Assembly (NCBI GenBank): GCA_040954595.2
Contig: CM082576.2
Location: 544,648 to 608,647, forward strand
Reading direction: 5' to 3'
DNA length: 64,000 nucleotides
Source of the DNA: Balanoglossus misakiensis
Lineage: Eukaryota; Animalia; Hemichordata
The position numbers and the translations under genes were made by a program. A model generated the notes under the pieces. The model made no database searches, was not told the DNA's origin, and saw only the letters and a list, made by a program, of their open reading frames with translations. Positions 51,295-63,700 of the stretch are shown piece after piece (within the stretch, counting starts at the first letter, position 1; every line of letters starts with the position of its first letter).

Positions 51295-54200
51295 CTGCAA
51301 AAGTCAAAAAGAAAGAAAGAAAGACATAAGCGGAAAGGTCAAATGAGAGATAAAAAGCAGCCAGCTAAATGGCAATCAAGATAACTGACTGACAGTTGAC
51401 AGGCTTCCAGTTATGTGTGCAATAATTTCAAAACAACCAAGTCAATTAGAAAATCAAACGTGACACACAAGACATAAACTACATGCTAACAGCCCCAGTA
51501 CATGAATCCATCCCATTCAATATGCGCATCAATGAGTTTTGTTACTTTGCACAGGGGCTGCTCCTAAATGGTTTCTACAATAGAAAGAAAAAACACCACT
51601 TTCACTCAACAGTTCAGGTAACTGGCTTCAGTGCGTGTCTACATGCTATTAGGGAATAAACATTTATTACCACGCATCTAGCCATCTTTCAGAGGGGGGG
51701 GGGGGGAGATAGAGAGTTAGTGTCAAATTTGACTGTCTGCTATTTGCACCCAGGCAGGAGTTCCGCTCTTGTGGTTTTTCCAACATACATTAACATAATG
51801 ACATTTAGGAACAGAAAATTGGCTCTAAGTAAAAAATCAATGGACGCTTCCAAGTTAATTCTGTGTACATTAAAGTCTAGCACCTTCAATGTAAAAGCTT
51901 GCTAATCTTGGCACAGCACTCAGGGACACCAAGTAAGAGTGCCATAAAACATCAACCGCTGTGCTCAGAATGAGAAAAGTCTGCCTGCCAACGCTTGCCA
52001 ATTGACTTGTAATTCCCGACAATTCAATCATTAATTTATGAAATTTATAGAGGGTTTAATACAATTTAATGAGAAGAGAGCTCTCACACTTTGATGACAG
52101 CATGTTACCGGGCAGATGGGTTCAGAGGCTGATTTTTTCCACCTCGTACAAATAAAATCCATTTGTCTAGCTGAAGAGGTGTCGCTGTCCAATTATTACT
52201 GAATTGATGAAAGGGGTACAAGACATGTCAGACAACAGCGCTGAATCCAGAGGAAAAAGAAAAGAAGTAAAGTACACACTATATGGGATTAGACGGGCAA
52301 ATCAAAGACATGATGATAAACACAGGTGAGCTTACAGATAATATTCTGGTTATTACACACCACCAACTCCCACCCTGTTTGGAGACAGCCCAGTCCAAAC
52401 TTTCATTCTATTCTGCTTGGTATTTATGACAACTAAGAATTGCAAGCTCGGTGATTGCCTCACATGATTTTTCAAAGCAGAGCAAACACGATTGGAAAGT
52501 AAAACACACACTGATAGATTTTTTTTTACTGCCGAGTAAAAGTCACGTCAGGGCGACCAGCCTGAGCAAACAAACACTAGGAAAAACTAACAAGTAATAA
52601 ATGAAAGTGGGTGGGTTAGTCAGACTTAACAAAGGCACCTCCAAATAAAAGTTGACAAATGCAGAAAAAATATGAGCACTGGGTATAAGCCTGCTGACCT
52701 ATAAAACAGTGTAAAACCCTGAGGTTATATATGAGGTCAAGGTGAATGTCCATTATTGAGGACAAACTTCAAAGGGCTTTTTTTTGCGGCTGGCAGAGAT
52801 ACACACAAAGACACACATGGGTGGTTAAAAAGGGGGGGGGGGTTAAACATGAGGGTAGGAAGACGGGGGGCTCTGGAGGTGTTAAAATGGGTTGGAAAGA
52901 TATTTGATGGGGGAGGGAAGAAATGAGACAGTAGGCGTATGGTGGGGAAGCCGGTAAAACATGGGTGGGGCACAGGATGTGAAACTGGTTGATTATTAGG
53001 GTGGCACATAGGAAGGGACACGGTGAGAAAGCATCAGGAAGAGGGTTGAACATGGGGGAAGGGAAAGGGTGAGACATGGGTGGGGACAAAACAATCTGCA
53101 TGTCTAACAAGGTGATAATATTTCATAGTCATCAAGAGAAACATGAAAACCAATTCTTGTATCAAGTAACTGTGGATATACTGGTCCTCACATTGACAAA
53201 GGATGAAATTGACTTCATAAAACATATTAATGAAAAAATGATTATATCTGAAACGTGTTTCATGAATAAAATAGCATGTACATAAATAGATAATCGGTGG
53301 TTGTAAAAAGGCTGAGGAAATCACAGGGAAGGTGTATTATCCACAGTGAGTGACTTCAGTATGGATGAACTCTAGCAGACAGCGAACATGATCAGGAAGT
53401 TATGAAAATGCAAGAAAAAAGTAAAGTTGCATGAACCCTGCCAGGTGAAAATGCAAGTGACAGGAAATTTCAACAGCTACTCCAGTGATTGGCAGGGCAG
53501 TTCCACAGGGGGAAGTGGTCATCAAAAGAGGGGGTAGCCCACTGATCAGCGACAACCAAAACAAGAGGGCACAGGGAAATCACAGAGAATGGGCTGATAA
53601 TTTCTCTGCTGATGAATAATTAAACCTATGCAGGTGGCTAGACTGTCAGGCGGCTTTTCAAAGTACCATGAATTATACACATATTTTTTTTTCCATTTTT
53701 TTTCTTTCTTTTTTTAATGCAGACTCTAATTACAACTGGGAGAAGAAACCTTTGTGTTGATCAGCGATGCAGTAAAACAGGACTTACACACAGGAATTAC
53801 AGCAAGCCCTGGCTACACAAAGGAGGCAAATGAAACTTATGGAAGAAAAGTGAATGGTGTCAATAGAGTGAAGAGTTGAGGGGAGGGGGGCATTGTTGTT
53901 GCTGATTCCAGAAGGGTTCTTCTGTGATCAAAAAAAAAAAAGAATGATGTTGAAAGGATATGGGCAGAGGAAGACGTCATTCTGTAAGATGATTCCATAG
54001 CTGTTGGAACGCATGATCAAGTATGCATATTAACTTTAAATTTCATTAATGGGCCCTTAGTTCATATACAATAGTCAAGTACTGCTTACTCCAATGACAG
54101 TCGTTTGTCAGTGTTTTTCCCCCTCTTTGCTTTGAATGCCGATTCAATAACTAAACTGTCTACAACCAGGTTGGCATCACCAATTCATTTCCTAGAGGGC

Positions 54201-56630
54201 TGAGGAGCGTTGTCAACACAAGAGCTTTTGTCCTGTGAAATATTACATGTTGATTCACAAATTATTAAGAGTGGGCATTGAGAATAGCAGAGTCCAGTCT
54301 TCACACGCATACACACACCTACATATTTTACAGGGCGACCAACGGACCTAGTTGAACACCGGGAGAACCCAAGCGCTAAGTACTGACGGAGACAACAAGA
54401 AATTATTGAAGTAAATTGCGGAAATCTAATTTGATGCCGGACCGGGCAGCCAGAAAGACAGCAATAATTGCTTGGGTCCACCAAAAAGGAACAATTTTAC
54501 AAAGACTCATCAATTTTTCATGGCAGTGTCCAAACTTTGAAATAGGCTATAATGGAGAACAATTATGTCTCATGAAATTGAAATGGGAACATCAAATTGG
54601 TTTAAACTTCACAAAGTAGCAGTAGCCCTTGTACTATTGTTGTAACCTGCAATGTATGCTGATGAAGTACTGTGCTGCAAATAAATGACCAATTTACATA
54701 GACAGTTGACTTATCTACTTCAAATATTATACACTGATTATACAGTGATTCGATAATATCAATGAATCTTGTGTGCATCCATAACAACTGCTCCCACTTC
54801 CTTCATCTACGAAGCTTTTATTTTCCACTTGTTCGCTAAACACATAATGCTGCATTGTAAATTTTATCTTCCTCAAATTAAATGTCTAGTTGTATGAAGC
54901 ATTTACAGCTACAGGGCAACTTCCATATGTCTGATAACACTTTTACTGTGTCTGCCGACAGCCTCCTTTGCTTAATAACTTTTTAACAGCTGGTTACTAC
55001 AGTTTACGGCAGTCTCTTCATTTTTAAATGGATCAAATAAGTATCTTTTGACAAAAGATGAATAATTTTGTTCGTCTCAGAATCTGCATTATTTTATGTT
55101 CACTCTGGGTTGGTCAATCTTATACTTCATGTTGTGTAATGTGCAAATGTTTGAGGCATAATTTTTGTTCAATACTAGACAGCATGTTGTGGAAACATTT
55201 CCATGTTTCGTCCATAATGTAAGCTGTGAGTTGGGTTTGTAACAACCAGTCATTCAGCATATTTTGTAGGAGTAGAAGACCCTTAACAACAGAATTGTAA
55301 AAAAAAAAACCTTTTGCAATATGTGTGCAGTCAACCTTACAACTGCAACACTACAGGGACTGACCCAGTGTTTGGTGACAAGGAAGGTTATGAAGATTCA
55401 GCATAATCCAGCAATATCTGGTCAATTTACTCTTAGAATCTCTGTGTGCGCATGTGTTGTGATTTTCATATCAGCTCTTAAATACTGTCTGTGCTCGGTC
55501 TTCACAAAGAACCGAAAGGAATGGTCTGTTATCTCCAAGTATCACTATCGCCAAAGAAACTGACACTTTGTCTATGATATCTCACTCTGCACCAAAACTG
55601 ACAAATTGATGCGTTAATCTTGTTTCCATCAAGTTGAATTACAACAATAATTATCGCTGACCTTGGTGGAAAATAAGATTAATTTGTGGAGAGCTAAGCT
55701 GAGACACATCACAATAGCGAGAGAGAAGTTTTGATTTCCAAAGACAGGCGTGTGCATCAACTGATGCTTGATTCTCTTCAGTTAATTATTATTTCATCAA
55801 ATCACTTTTTGTATCTCACTGTCAATATTCTGTGGCTTTGTACTTTCATCTCCTTCATGAACTGTACTTGTAAACTGACAAAACTAAACAACTTTTTCAA
55901 GTGACAGTCTGTTGTGTTATCCACTGTACTATTCTGTCTGATCTAATATTTCTTACGATGCAATCACGTTAGCAATAATTATTACAATCGATTTCAATCT
56001 AAAGCAGCAGATAATTTCCCTACATTGGATGTCCATTTTGATTTTGTTGTAATTTTGACTTTAATCCCATCAGTCCTGCATTCGTTTTGAATTTTAGTGG
56101 AAATCAGGGTCAAAGAATAAAGAGAGAAATTAAAGTCTAAATGAAAGCATATTTGACAGCAATTTGAGATGACAAACACTTCTAATGTTATTGTCAACAA
56201 CAGAATCTGGCTGATATCTAGTACACATGGTTCCAACATTTTTAAATCTGCAAATGTTTGATTGAGTACACAGTCTTGAGAATTTGGCTGAGGTCAGGAT
56301 GATGTTGTTTTGTCCACATCGATAAGTGATTTCAATATTGCCTGTTGAAAATCGGTTCAACTGTACTAAAATAGGCCTTGATCATAGCATAAACACAGCT
56401 GTCATTCCCTCTGCCATAGTTTCCACTAATTTAAATTGAAGAAAAACAGAAACAAAGTCACTGCCTTATTTTGCTGAAGAATGAATCTCTTACACGAACA
56501 GAATGTCTCCAGATCTACCATCTGGCAAACAGTCTGATGATTGTTGCCCACAATATGAAGAATGAAGACAGATAGAGTGTCAGTTGAAGTGATTAGCACA
56601 CACTTAAAATGGTGAAAATCTGTTCCTTAC
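51295..56630 (-). other. Last intron of XRN2 (5336 nt, GT-AG, phase 0)
   Basis: Bounded by the donor and acceptor above. I found no further convincing XRN2 exon in 56851-64000, so the preceding intron is probably longer than 7.1 kb. Confidence 0.7.
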
Positions 56631-56850
56631 CAGCTGTCTATTTGCATAGTGTCTGTCATTGGGTCTGTTTCCATACCCTTGGCCACTCTGCTGTTGATAG
56701 CCTGGCTGTTGGTATTGCTGCTGTTGCTGTTGTTGCTGTTGTTGGGAGTAGCGTTGCTGGTTCTGTTGATAGGCTGCACCCTGTGACTGCCAATTTCGTG
56801 ACCAGCCGACGTTTGGTGCGTTGCTGCCACTCTGATAGTGATAGCCACCT
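56631..56850 (-). CDS. XRN2: Penultimate coding exon (220 nt) of probable 5'-3' exoribonuclease 2
   Basis: Acceptor ATCTTTGATTTTTCAG, donor GTAAGG at 56630. Open frame GGYHYQSGSNAPNVGWSRNWQSQGAAYQQNQQRYSQQQQQQQQQYQQPGYQQQSGQGYGNRPNDRHYANRQL ends in phase 0, compatible with the terminal exon. WSRNWQSQGAAYQQNQ resembles recalled human XRN2 WNRMLQTQNAAFQPNQ. Confidence 0.82.
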
Positions 56851-57731
56851 CTGAAAAATCAAAGATGTGAAACCTGGTTGAAACGTACAACAAGTGATCT
56901 AGTGGCAGAAACAAACTCTTCTGTAATCATTGGATATAGCAATCTAGGGAATCTGTTACTAAAGATGCATGGAAAAGGAAATTTTTCCTGATAGAAATTA
57001 ATTACAGCAAATTACACAAAGAAAATCTCTGCAACAACCCACTTTACCCAAGATAGGACTATCAAGATTTCATTTAAAATCCACAAATCAGCCAAGTAAC
57101 TGATATAACTTAACACCAAAAATGATACCAGTATTGATAAAAATACAAAATGTCATGGTTTGTCCAAATTTAATCAAATCTACATTAGTCGTCACTCAAA
57201 TTAATAATGTCAGCAAATCTAAACAAAATCTTCTGGTGTTACCTAGGCACAAAATAATACAACCTTGGGGAAGATATGAAAATGTCAAAAGTTGCCTGAC
57301 GGTAACAGACAGTTTAAACCTAACAGATTAGCTGTTCACTGCAGATACGACACAAGATTATTGATTAATCTCTTAATTTCTTGGGTGCTTCTTGTAAAGA
57401 GCATAAAATGTCATATCTTTAGACTTGTTTTTTTTTTGTTTAAGTCAGACGATAGCATTATTGGTCTTCTGATGTTTGTTTGCAATGCTTTCAGAGCTTC
57501 AAGCTAATACTTTTAAAGTTTACACAACAGAATGATGAACTGATGTCAGTTGATCTTCATCCACTCTTAGAGTTTGTTCCTCTCTCAAACCTCATCATTT
57601 AGGATTGTCAACACTGCTGCCCATTGTATTGTTAGTTGAATGAAATTCTGCCCCAACCCTTCAACAGGCTAGCCAACCAGGTGGCTGATAACTGACTGTA
57701 TGACCGGGTAGCTGACTGAGTTTCGGGCAAG

Positions 57732-57761
57732 CTGACTGACTGACTGACTGACTGACTGACT
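57732..57761. repeat. (CTGA)n microsatellite
   Basis: About 7 perfect units with degenerate flanks. Confidence 0.9.
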
Positions 57762-60700
57762 CAGACAGACTGGCTGAACTCAAAGGCTTTGGCAAGGTAC
57801 AGACCATGATACGGTCTGTATCATGAATACACCTATTTGATGCATTCTCCAGGAATTATTGAAGTTGTTGAACTAAATAATCCCTTCAATCTTTGATTCA
57901 TTTGGAAAACACTATTTCAAATGCTGATATTTTATGTCTTGTGGTAGCACTGTCTGTTAATGAGGATATATCAACTGAGAGAAAATCTGCAATTCTTGAA
58001 ACAAGGGCTGCATGTAAAGCTTCATTTGCTTTCATATCAATTTCTCTGGATCAATTTCAATGAATTGACAGCTACAATAGCCATTACCTTCAGGCCAAAG
58101 AATGTCTATCTCGACAGAAATGCCACAGCTAGGCAAGATGAGGACTTTCCAAATTCAGGAAATGACGCTGATGGTGACCTCAGCTGCTTTGCATATTGGC
58201 AGCACCAATGTACAAATGCTTCAAACTGATTAAGTTTATCCTATTAGGAAACTATAATAACTTCAATGATGAAATTTGAAACCAGGCAAGAAACTAGTTT
58301 CTGAACATTTGATATTATATAGCTCTGAAAATATCATATTATTTTCCAATGCCTAAAGTCTAAAAACACTGCAATCATCTCATCTCATCTATTGTAACTC
58401 TTCTGTTGTGTTGAAGATTTATATTTCATCTGATGTTGACCTATGACCATTGAACTTGTCTTATTAGGGTCAACACAAATTTGGGAGCTATGTTAAATCT
58501 GCTACAATGCGTTACGGGTCTGTTTGGGTAAAACTGGTCAACTATAAACTATGATACAATACACAATGAGAAAAATCTTTTGTTTCTCACTTATACTTTG
58601 ACACTTAGGATGAGTAGGACTATACTTATAAAAGTGATGAGATTCTATAAACTGACTCGGGGTATGCATTGTCCTAATGAATATTGTATCATTTCTGTGG
58701 AGTTGATGGTGGTAGATTTAATCTCATAGAATGCAATGGTTGTCATTTATATCTCATACTTTGTTATCACTGCAATCAGGGGATCTGATAGGTAGTGGTG
58801 CCAAGATTTCATTTTCATATTAAAAGCTGAGTCAGTACCTGAAGCAAGACATCAAATTTTACTGATGGTCATGACAGCAAGTGGAGTTGTCAGAAATCAT
58901 TGATAGATTTTACACCATACAATTCTTTTAATAGCTTTCATGCATCCATCAAATACCATTAAAGTAATTAATATCATCAATAAATAAAAACACCACTGAA
59001 GGCAACGTTTTCTTCCCTACATTTCTTCTTATGAACTTTTCTCCAAAATGCTTATGAAAGGGATACCTATTCTCTCTGCGTATAGGATATTTCTGGGGCT
59101 GGAGGAAGCTGACAATTGATGGACTGTTTTCGCTTTTAGACATCTTCACTGGTATTTATCGAGATCTCTTTTTCAATCAGGGTGTTTTCACGTGCATTGG
59201 AGTTAGGGGTCTGTATCTTGGTGTTAGTTTTCCTGTAGCAAAGCGCTGTCACCATCCAAAGTTGCTGCAGGTGGATTCCAGAACTGTTTCACCCTTTCAC
59301 TTTCCAAATGAAAACACTGGATTTAGTAAAAGCGAAATAGCCATGAACAGAAGAGGAAATCCCATCTGTCAACATTGATACACTCAGAAAGCTCTCACAG
59401 TGACAGAGCATTCTCAGAATAAAAGTTTGGGGATGGGGACTGAAATAATATATTTTTGCTCCTCTTTATCTCATGTTGTCTCCTCTAGGGTTCTTGGCAG
59501 CTGCTCACACAAAAGAGGATTTGTTGGTTCAGCCAGTAAATCAATGCCACTCCTATGTGAATATACAAACACATATTTATCAGCTGAGAAAATACCGCTA
59601 CAAGATCTAGCAGCAGTTAATAATACTATGCAACATAACCGAAGGGCCTTACCCAATGCTATTGAAGTGTCTAATGAGTTAATAAAAGGTTTGGTAACTG
59701 TCTCAGAGCTACTGATAAGATTTGGATTTCTCTATGGAGATCCGTCTGGACCCACAATGAAAACAAAACTTTTGTTTGCTAAGAACACTGCCCAAAAGAA
59801 AGAAAATACCACTTCACACTTTCAAGTTGATAAAACTTTTTCAGCTTTGCTTGATTTTGATGTCACAGACCCCAAGCGGCATTCCAGAGCTGACAACCTT
59901 ATCTATTAAAATTGGCAGACCGAATGGGTCTCTTTATTTACCAGTGAATACAAAAGTTTGCCTAGGACTCCAATGGTAGCCGTATATAGCATATCTAGTA
60001 TGCTGACCCAAAATGCAAAGCTGGACAGTAAAACATGCCAGGTGATTCATTTTGTTGGTCCAGTCTGGTTGCCGGGGAGGAGGCCTACTTATTGCTAACA
60101 GACCCACCCTAATGTGGTCCCATTTATAAATGGCAGTTGATGTGTGTGCGTGTCTGTCTGTCTGTGTGTACAATTAACGTTAGCTCCAGGATGCTCACCT
60201 GCTTGCTGACCACTCAACCAACTCTCCCAGATTCAATGACTGCCAATTTAACCCTTTCACCCCCGGTTTCATTCTATGGAGGTCCAATTTTGCCATATTA
60301 AACAATGAATTTGGACCAAACCATGTCGGCAAAAGGGGTCATAATAAAGCTGAACCTTCACTTTTGCACAATCAGCAGCAATTCTACTGAGTGACCTTCT
60401 CCATCCCTATTTTTTCAGGACAATTATTTTTTAATCCCAGTTTAACACAGACTGTTTTCTTGTCATCATTTCCACTTCTACCATGACTGGGTTCTGCATC
60501 CACTTAAATCCAGCACATAATGGTTTGACTCACTTACTGCACATAATATTTTTTACACTTTTAAAAATCACTCTGTTCAAAGAAAAAAAGAATTTGTCTG
60601 CATGCTTCTTAGAAGATAACTTGATTGTAAATGTCAACTTGTAGTGGTTTGTGGTTGTTTCATGTTAAAGGTTCATGCACTTGGCATGACCTGGTTGCAA

Positions 60701-63700
60701 TATGAGTTCATTCGTGATGGATGGTAAAATTAACCATGAATTGTGAATGCCTGGTTGATTGTGGAAAAATCAAAGTTCACATGTTTTTGATGCTTATATC
60801 ATCACTGTATACTCAGCCAAGTATGAGTTTAGCAACCACCTGTTTATGCAGCCAATCAGCTGTATCTCAGCCCAATTTCAAACCAATATCAAAGGAGACA
60901 ATTTCCCGGTGACCAACAGAGCTCAGCCACACACAATGACATATATGTCAGCCATCAGATGCACAGAACAGTAGCAATGATCAATCTGCAAACTTTTATA
61001 ACCAATTAGGCGTTAAATCAGCCAGACAAGAATCCAATCAAACCAACAGGAGAGGAAACAAACACAAACAAACAGTTACAATCAGTTACACCAAATGGTT
61101 TAGTCTTTGAAAAATTCAGAGCCCCAAATGTCACGAGTTCTTTTCACAGAGAAGTTATTTGAAAGAGTGCATGAAGACCCTCAATGCATGACAGAGGCCC
61201 ATAGAATACACACTATGCAAGATTCCTTCATAAATTTAACATTTTGCCTCGTCTTGTATCTTGCGAAATCAATTTGACATGAGTGCTGGCAGATAGCTGG
61301 GGGCTTTTGCAGATAAAGACAGACAAAGGAAAACATTTACAGCTTGACACAGGGGAGAACATGACTTGTTTGTGCTCAGGACATTCTGCCTGTGTGCTTC
61401 AGCATTAAGTGAAATCACTTCACTTTAAACGATATCAAAATAATCTGACCTATAACAGATGATGCAATTCAGGTCACCTACTGAATACATGATTTTGTCA
61501 CCATATGTTAGCTTTGGATTGTTATGGCATTGTTATTCCTGTACCAGGTAATACAGCAGAAGAAACAGGGATCAACCATTATAGTCTTCTGCTGGTAGAG
61601 ATTTGGTTGAACATGTCTAGGACAAACCACCAATGTTTGTACAGAAATATTGATTTATAAAAAATTGTGAAAACTTCACTAAGACTTCATGTGTTTGATC
61701 ACATCGCATATTTTTTGTACATGATTATAAAACATTATAATATGTTATCAAAATTATGTCATTGTACAGTGTAATGTTCCCACAAAGCAAGGTGACAGAA
61801 GAATGGCAGTGGCAATCTGTGTTTCAGATAGCATGGTGAGATGAAATTCTCATGTGAGACTCTTGATTATCAAGTGCACCTTCAGCAAGAAGAGTTTCAA
61901 TCATACCTGATGAGTGACTTTCTTTATCCCTCATCTCTTGGGACAATTATATATTAATCTCTGTTTGACATGGTTTCTCTGTCAACACTTTCTACACTGT
62001 TTATGAAACCATCAAAAGGTGGTTTGGGTTCATTGAGAAAAATGCAGGGCTCAAATAACTGTTGCACTTCTAACTGTTAATTTTTTTTGTTTTGTTGAAG
62101 TGTATATACAATGTAAGGTGGCTGCTGGTTGAGAGTGATGTTGACTGGAGCCCTACACCAACACCTGGCTATGCTGTGCTACATTGGTTGAACTGAAACA
62201 GAAGATACAGTTTGTTAACACCTTAGCTGTCATAATACACTATGCAAACTGTTGGCAGTGTTATTTGATAGCTAGCCATTATGGCTGGCTGACTGCACAG
62301 CCATAAGTATCTTTAGGAATGGCTTGAGGGCACATCACCCACACACACTTGCTAACACACACTAAATGCGTCTCCACTTTTGTTGCTGTGTTTTCTTGAT
62401 AAATATACGTCTATCACTGATGTGGACTCAAGTCAAAATATTGCGTCTGTAAATACGCACTCTCTATTGAAGCTACACCGACCTTCAGCTACACTCTTTC
62501 AACAAGCTACCCCGACTATTCAGCGGCAACTACAGACTTGCATTGTGTACTTCTGTAACTAACACCTTCCGCATAACTCCGAGAAGTACACACATGTACA
62601 ACAAAAATTAACCATCAAAGGCGATGTTCTGCACAATAATCCTTTTCAACTGAAGTGTGTGTCTTAATTTAGACTGATGTATCTAAACATTCGCTGAACT
62701 TCTTTTATCCAGTGATATTTTCTTTCCAAAAATAAACTTTAGGTAAGAATATTTTCTCTTGTGGTACTCTTACTCTCTGGTGACAATTTTTTTACATTTG
62801 CCTAAATGTAACCTTGAGAACATCAATAATTTAAACTAATTACAAACATTAATTGGGGGTGGCTTTAAGTTTCTCTAAGAGAGACATTTCCCCCTTTATG
62901 AGTTTTTGAAAGCCAGGACAAAATGCCCAACCACTGTCAAAACCACAGTCTGTCAGCTCTTAGGATTGGAAACACTGCAGGTAGCTATAGAATGGAGGCA
63001 ATGTACGCCACTGCTGTCAATTTGCCTTGTTTGATGGGATCAGTCAATACCAACTGCTTAACCTCTGATAAAACATAAGCCAGTCTGCCGAGGGGTGGTG
63101 GCGCTGAGAAATCCCTCTGGCTAACCAGACAGGAGGTCCTATCACATCCATCAGTCGAGTGGCATACAAGTGGGTTTGTGCAGAGTACTTCACGGTAGAA
63201 CTCTTAATGATTGGCTTGAGGTTGCCTGTCCATGCTGCAGATGGTCAAGCTGGATATTACATCAAGCCTCCTCTTTCCCAGCCCCCGCCTCTCCCCCCCC
63301 CCTCTCTAAGTGACACCCATAGTTGATGATGCTCTCTATCTGATCAGATCAAACTCATGGTCACAGGTATCATGTGCACATGGTCAAGTGTAGAATGCAG
63401 GCACCTTTGTTATCAGATTGCTTCAGCTGTACCTACTTGGGAAAACATCTGTTTTGGCTTAAAATCTCTTACTTTGCCCACTTTTTAAGTCTGAAGAAAA
63501 GCTTGAAAGTGATGTAAATGGGGTCTATCCAAGGCTAACAAATATTGATTTGTGGTAGTGCACTGTCAAAGTATCTTTTCTTGTCCACACAAGTGGAGAA
63601 AACTGGTGATGATGCTAGTAAGACCTTGAGAAAAAGAATTTACTAAGCCAAACAATACTGTATCTTTCTGTTGAGAGCTTCTCAACTGGTTCAAGGTGAA

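Noticed and set aside
56609-56914. The three ORFs listed over the 56.7-kb CAG/CAA-rich region
   Set aside because: Wrong frames or strand. The unlisted minus-strand frame is bounded by splice sites, stays open and resembles XRN2.
57798-57826. Overlapping 8-bp palindromes (TACAGACC/GGTCTGTA; CATGATAC/GTATCATG)
   Set aside because: Too short to assign. Possibly a transposon-end scar, but no partner end or TSD was seen.
59400-59909. 169-aa + strand ORF
   Set aside because: GTG start, no recognisable domain, antisense within a probable XRN2 intron.
60198-60238. Possible further XRN2 exon (minus-strand donor CAG/GTGAGC near 60197)
   Set aside because: Poor acceptor, and the peptide (SLNLGELVEWSASR) is unlike the expected XRN2 region.
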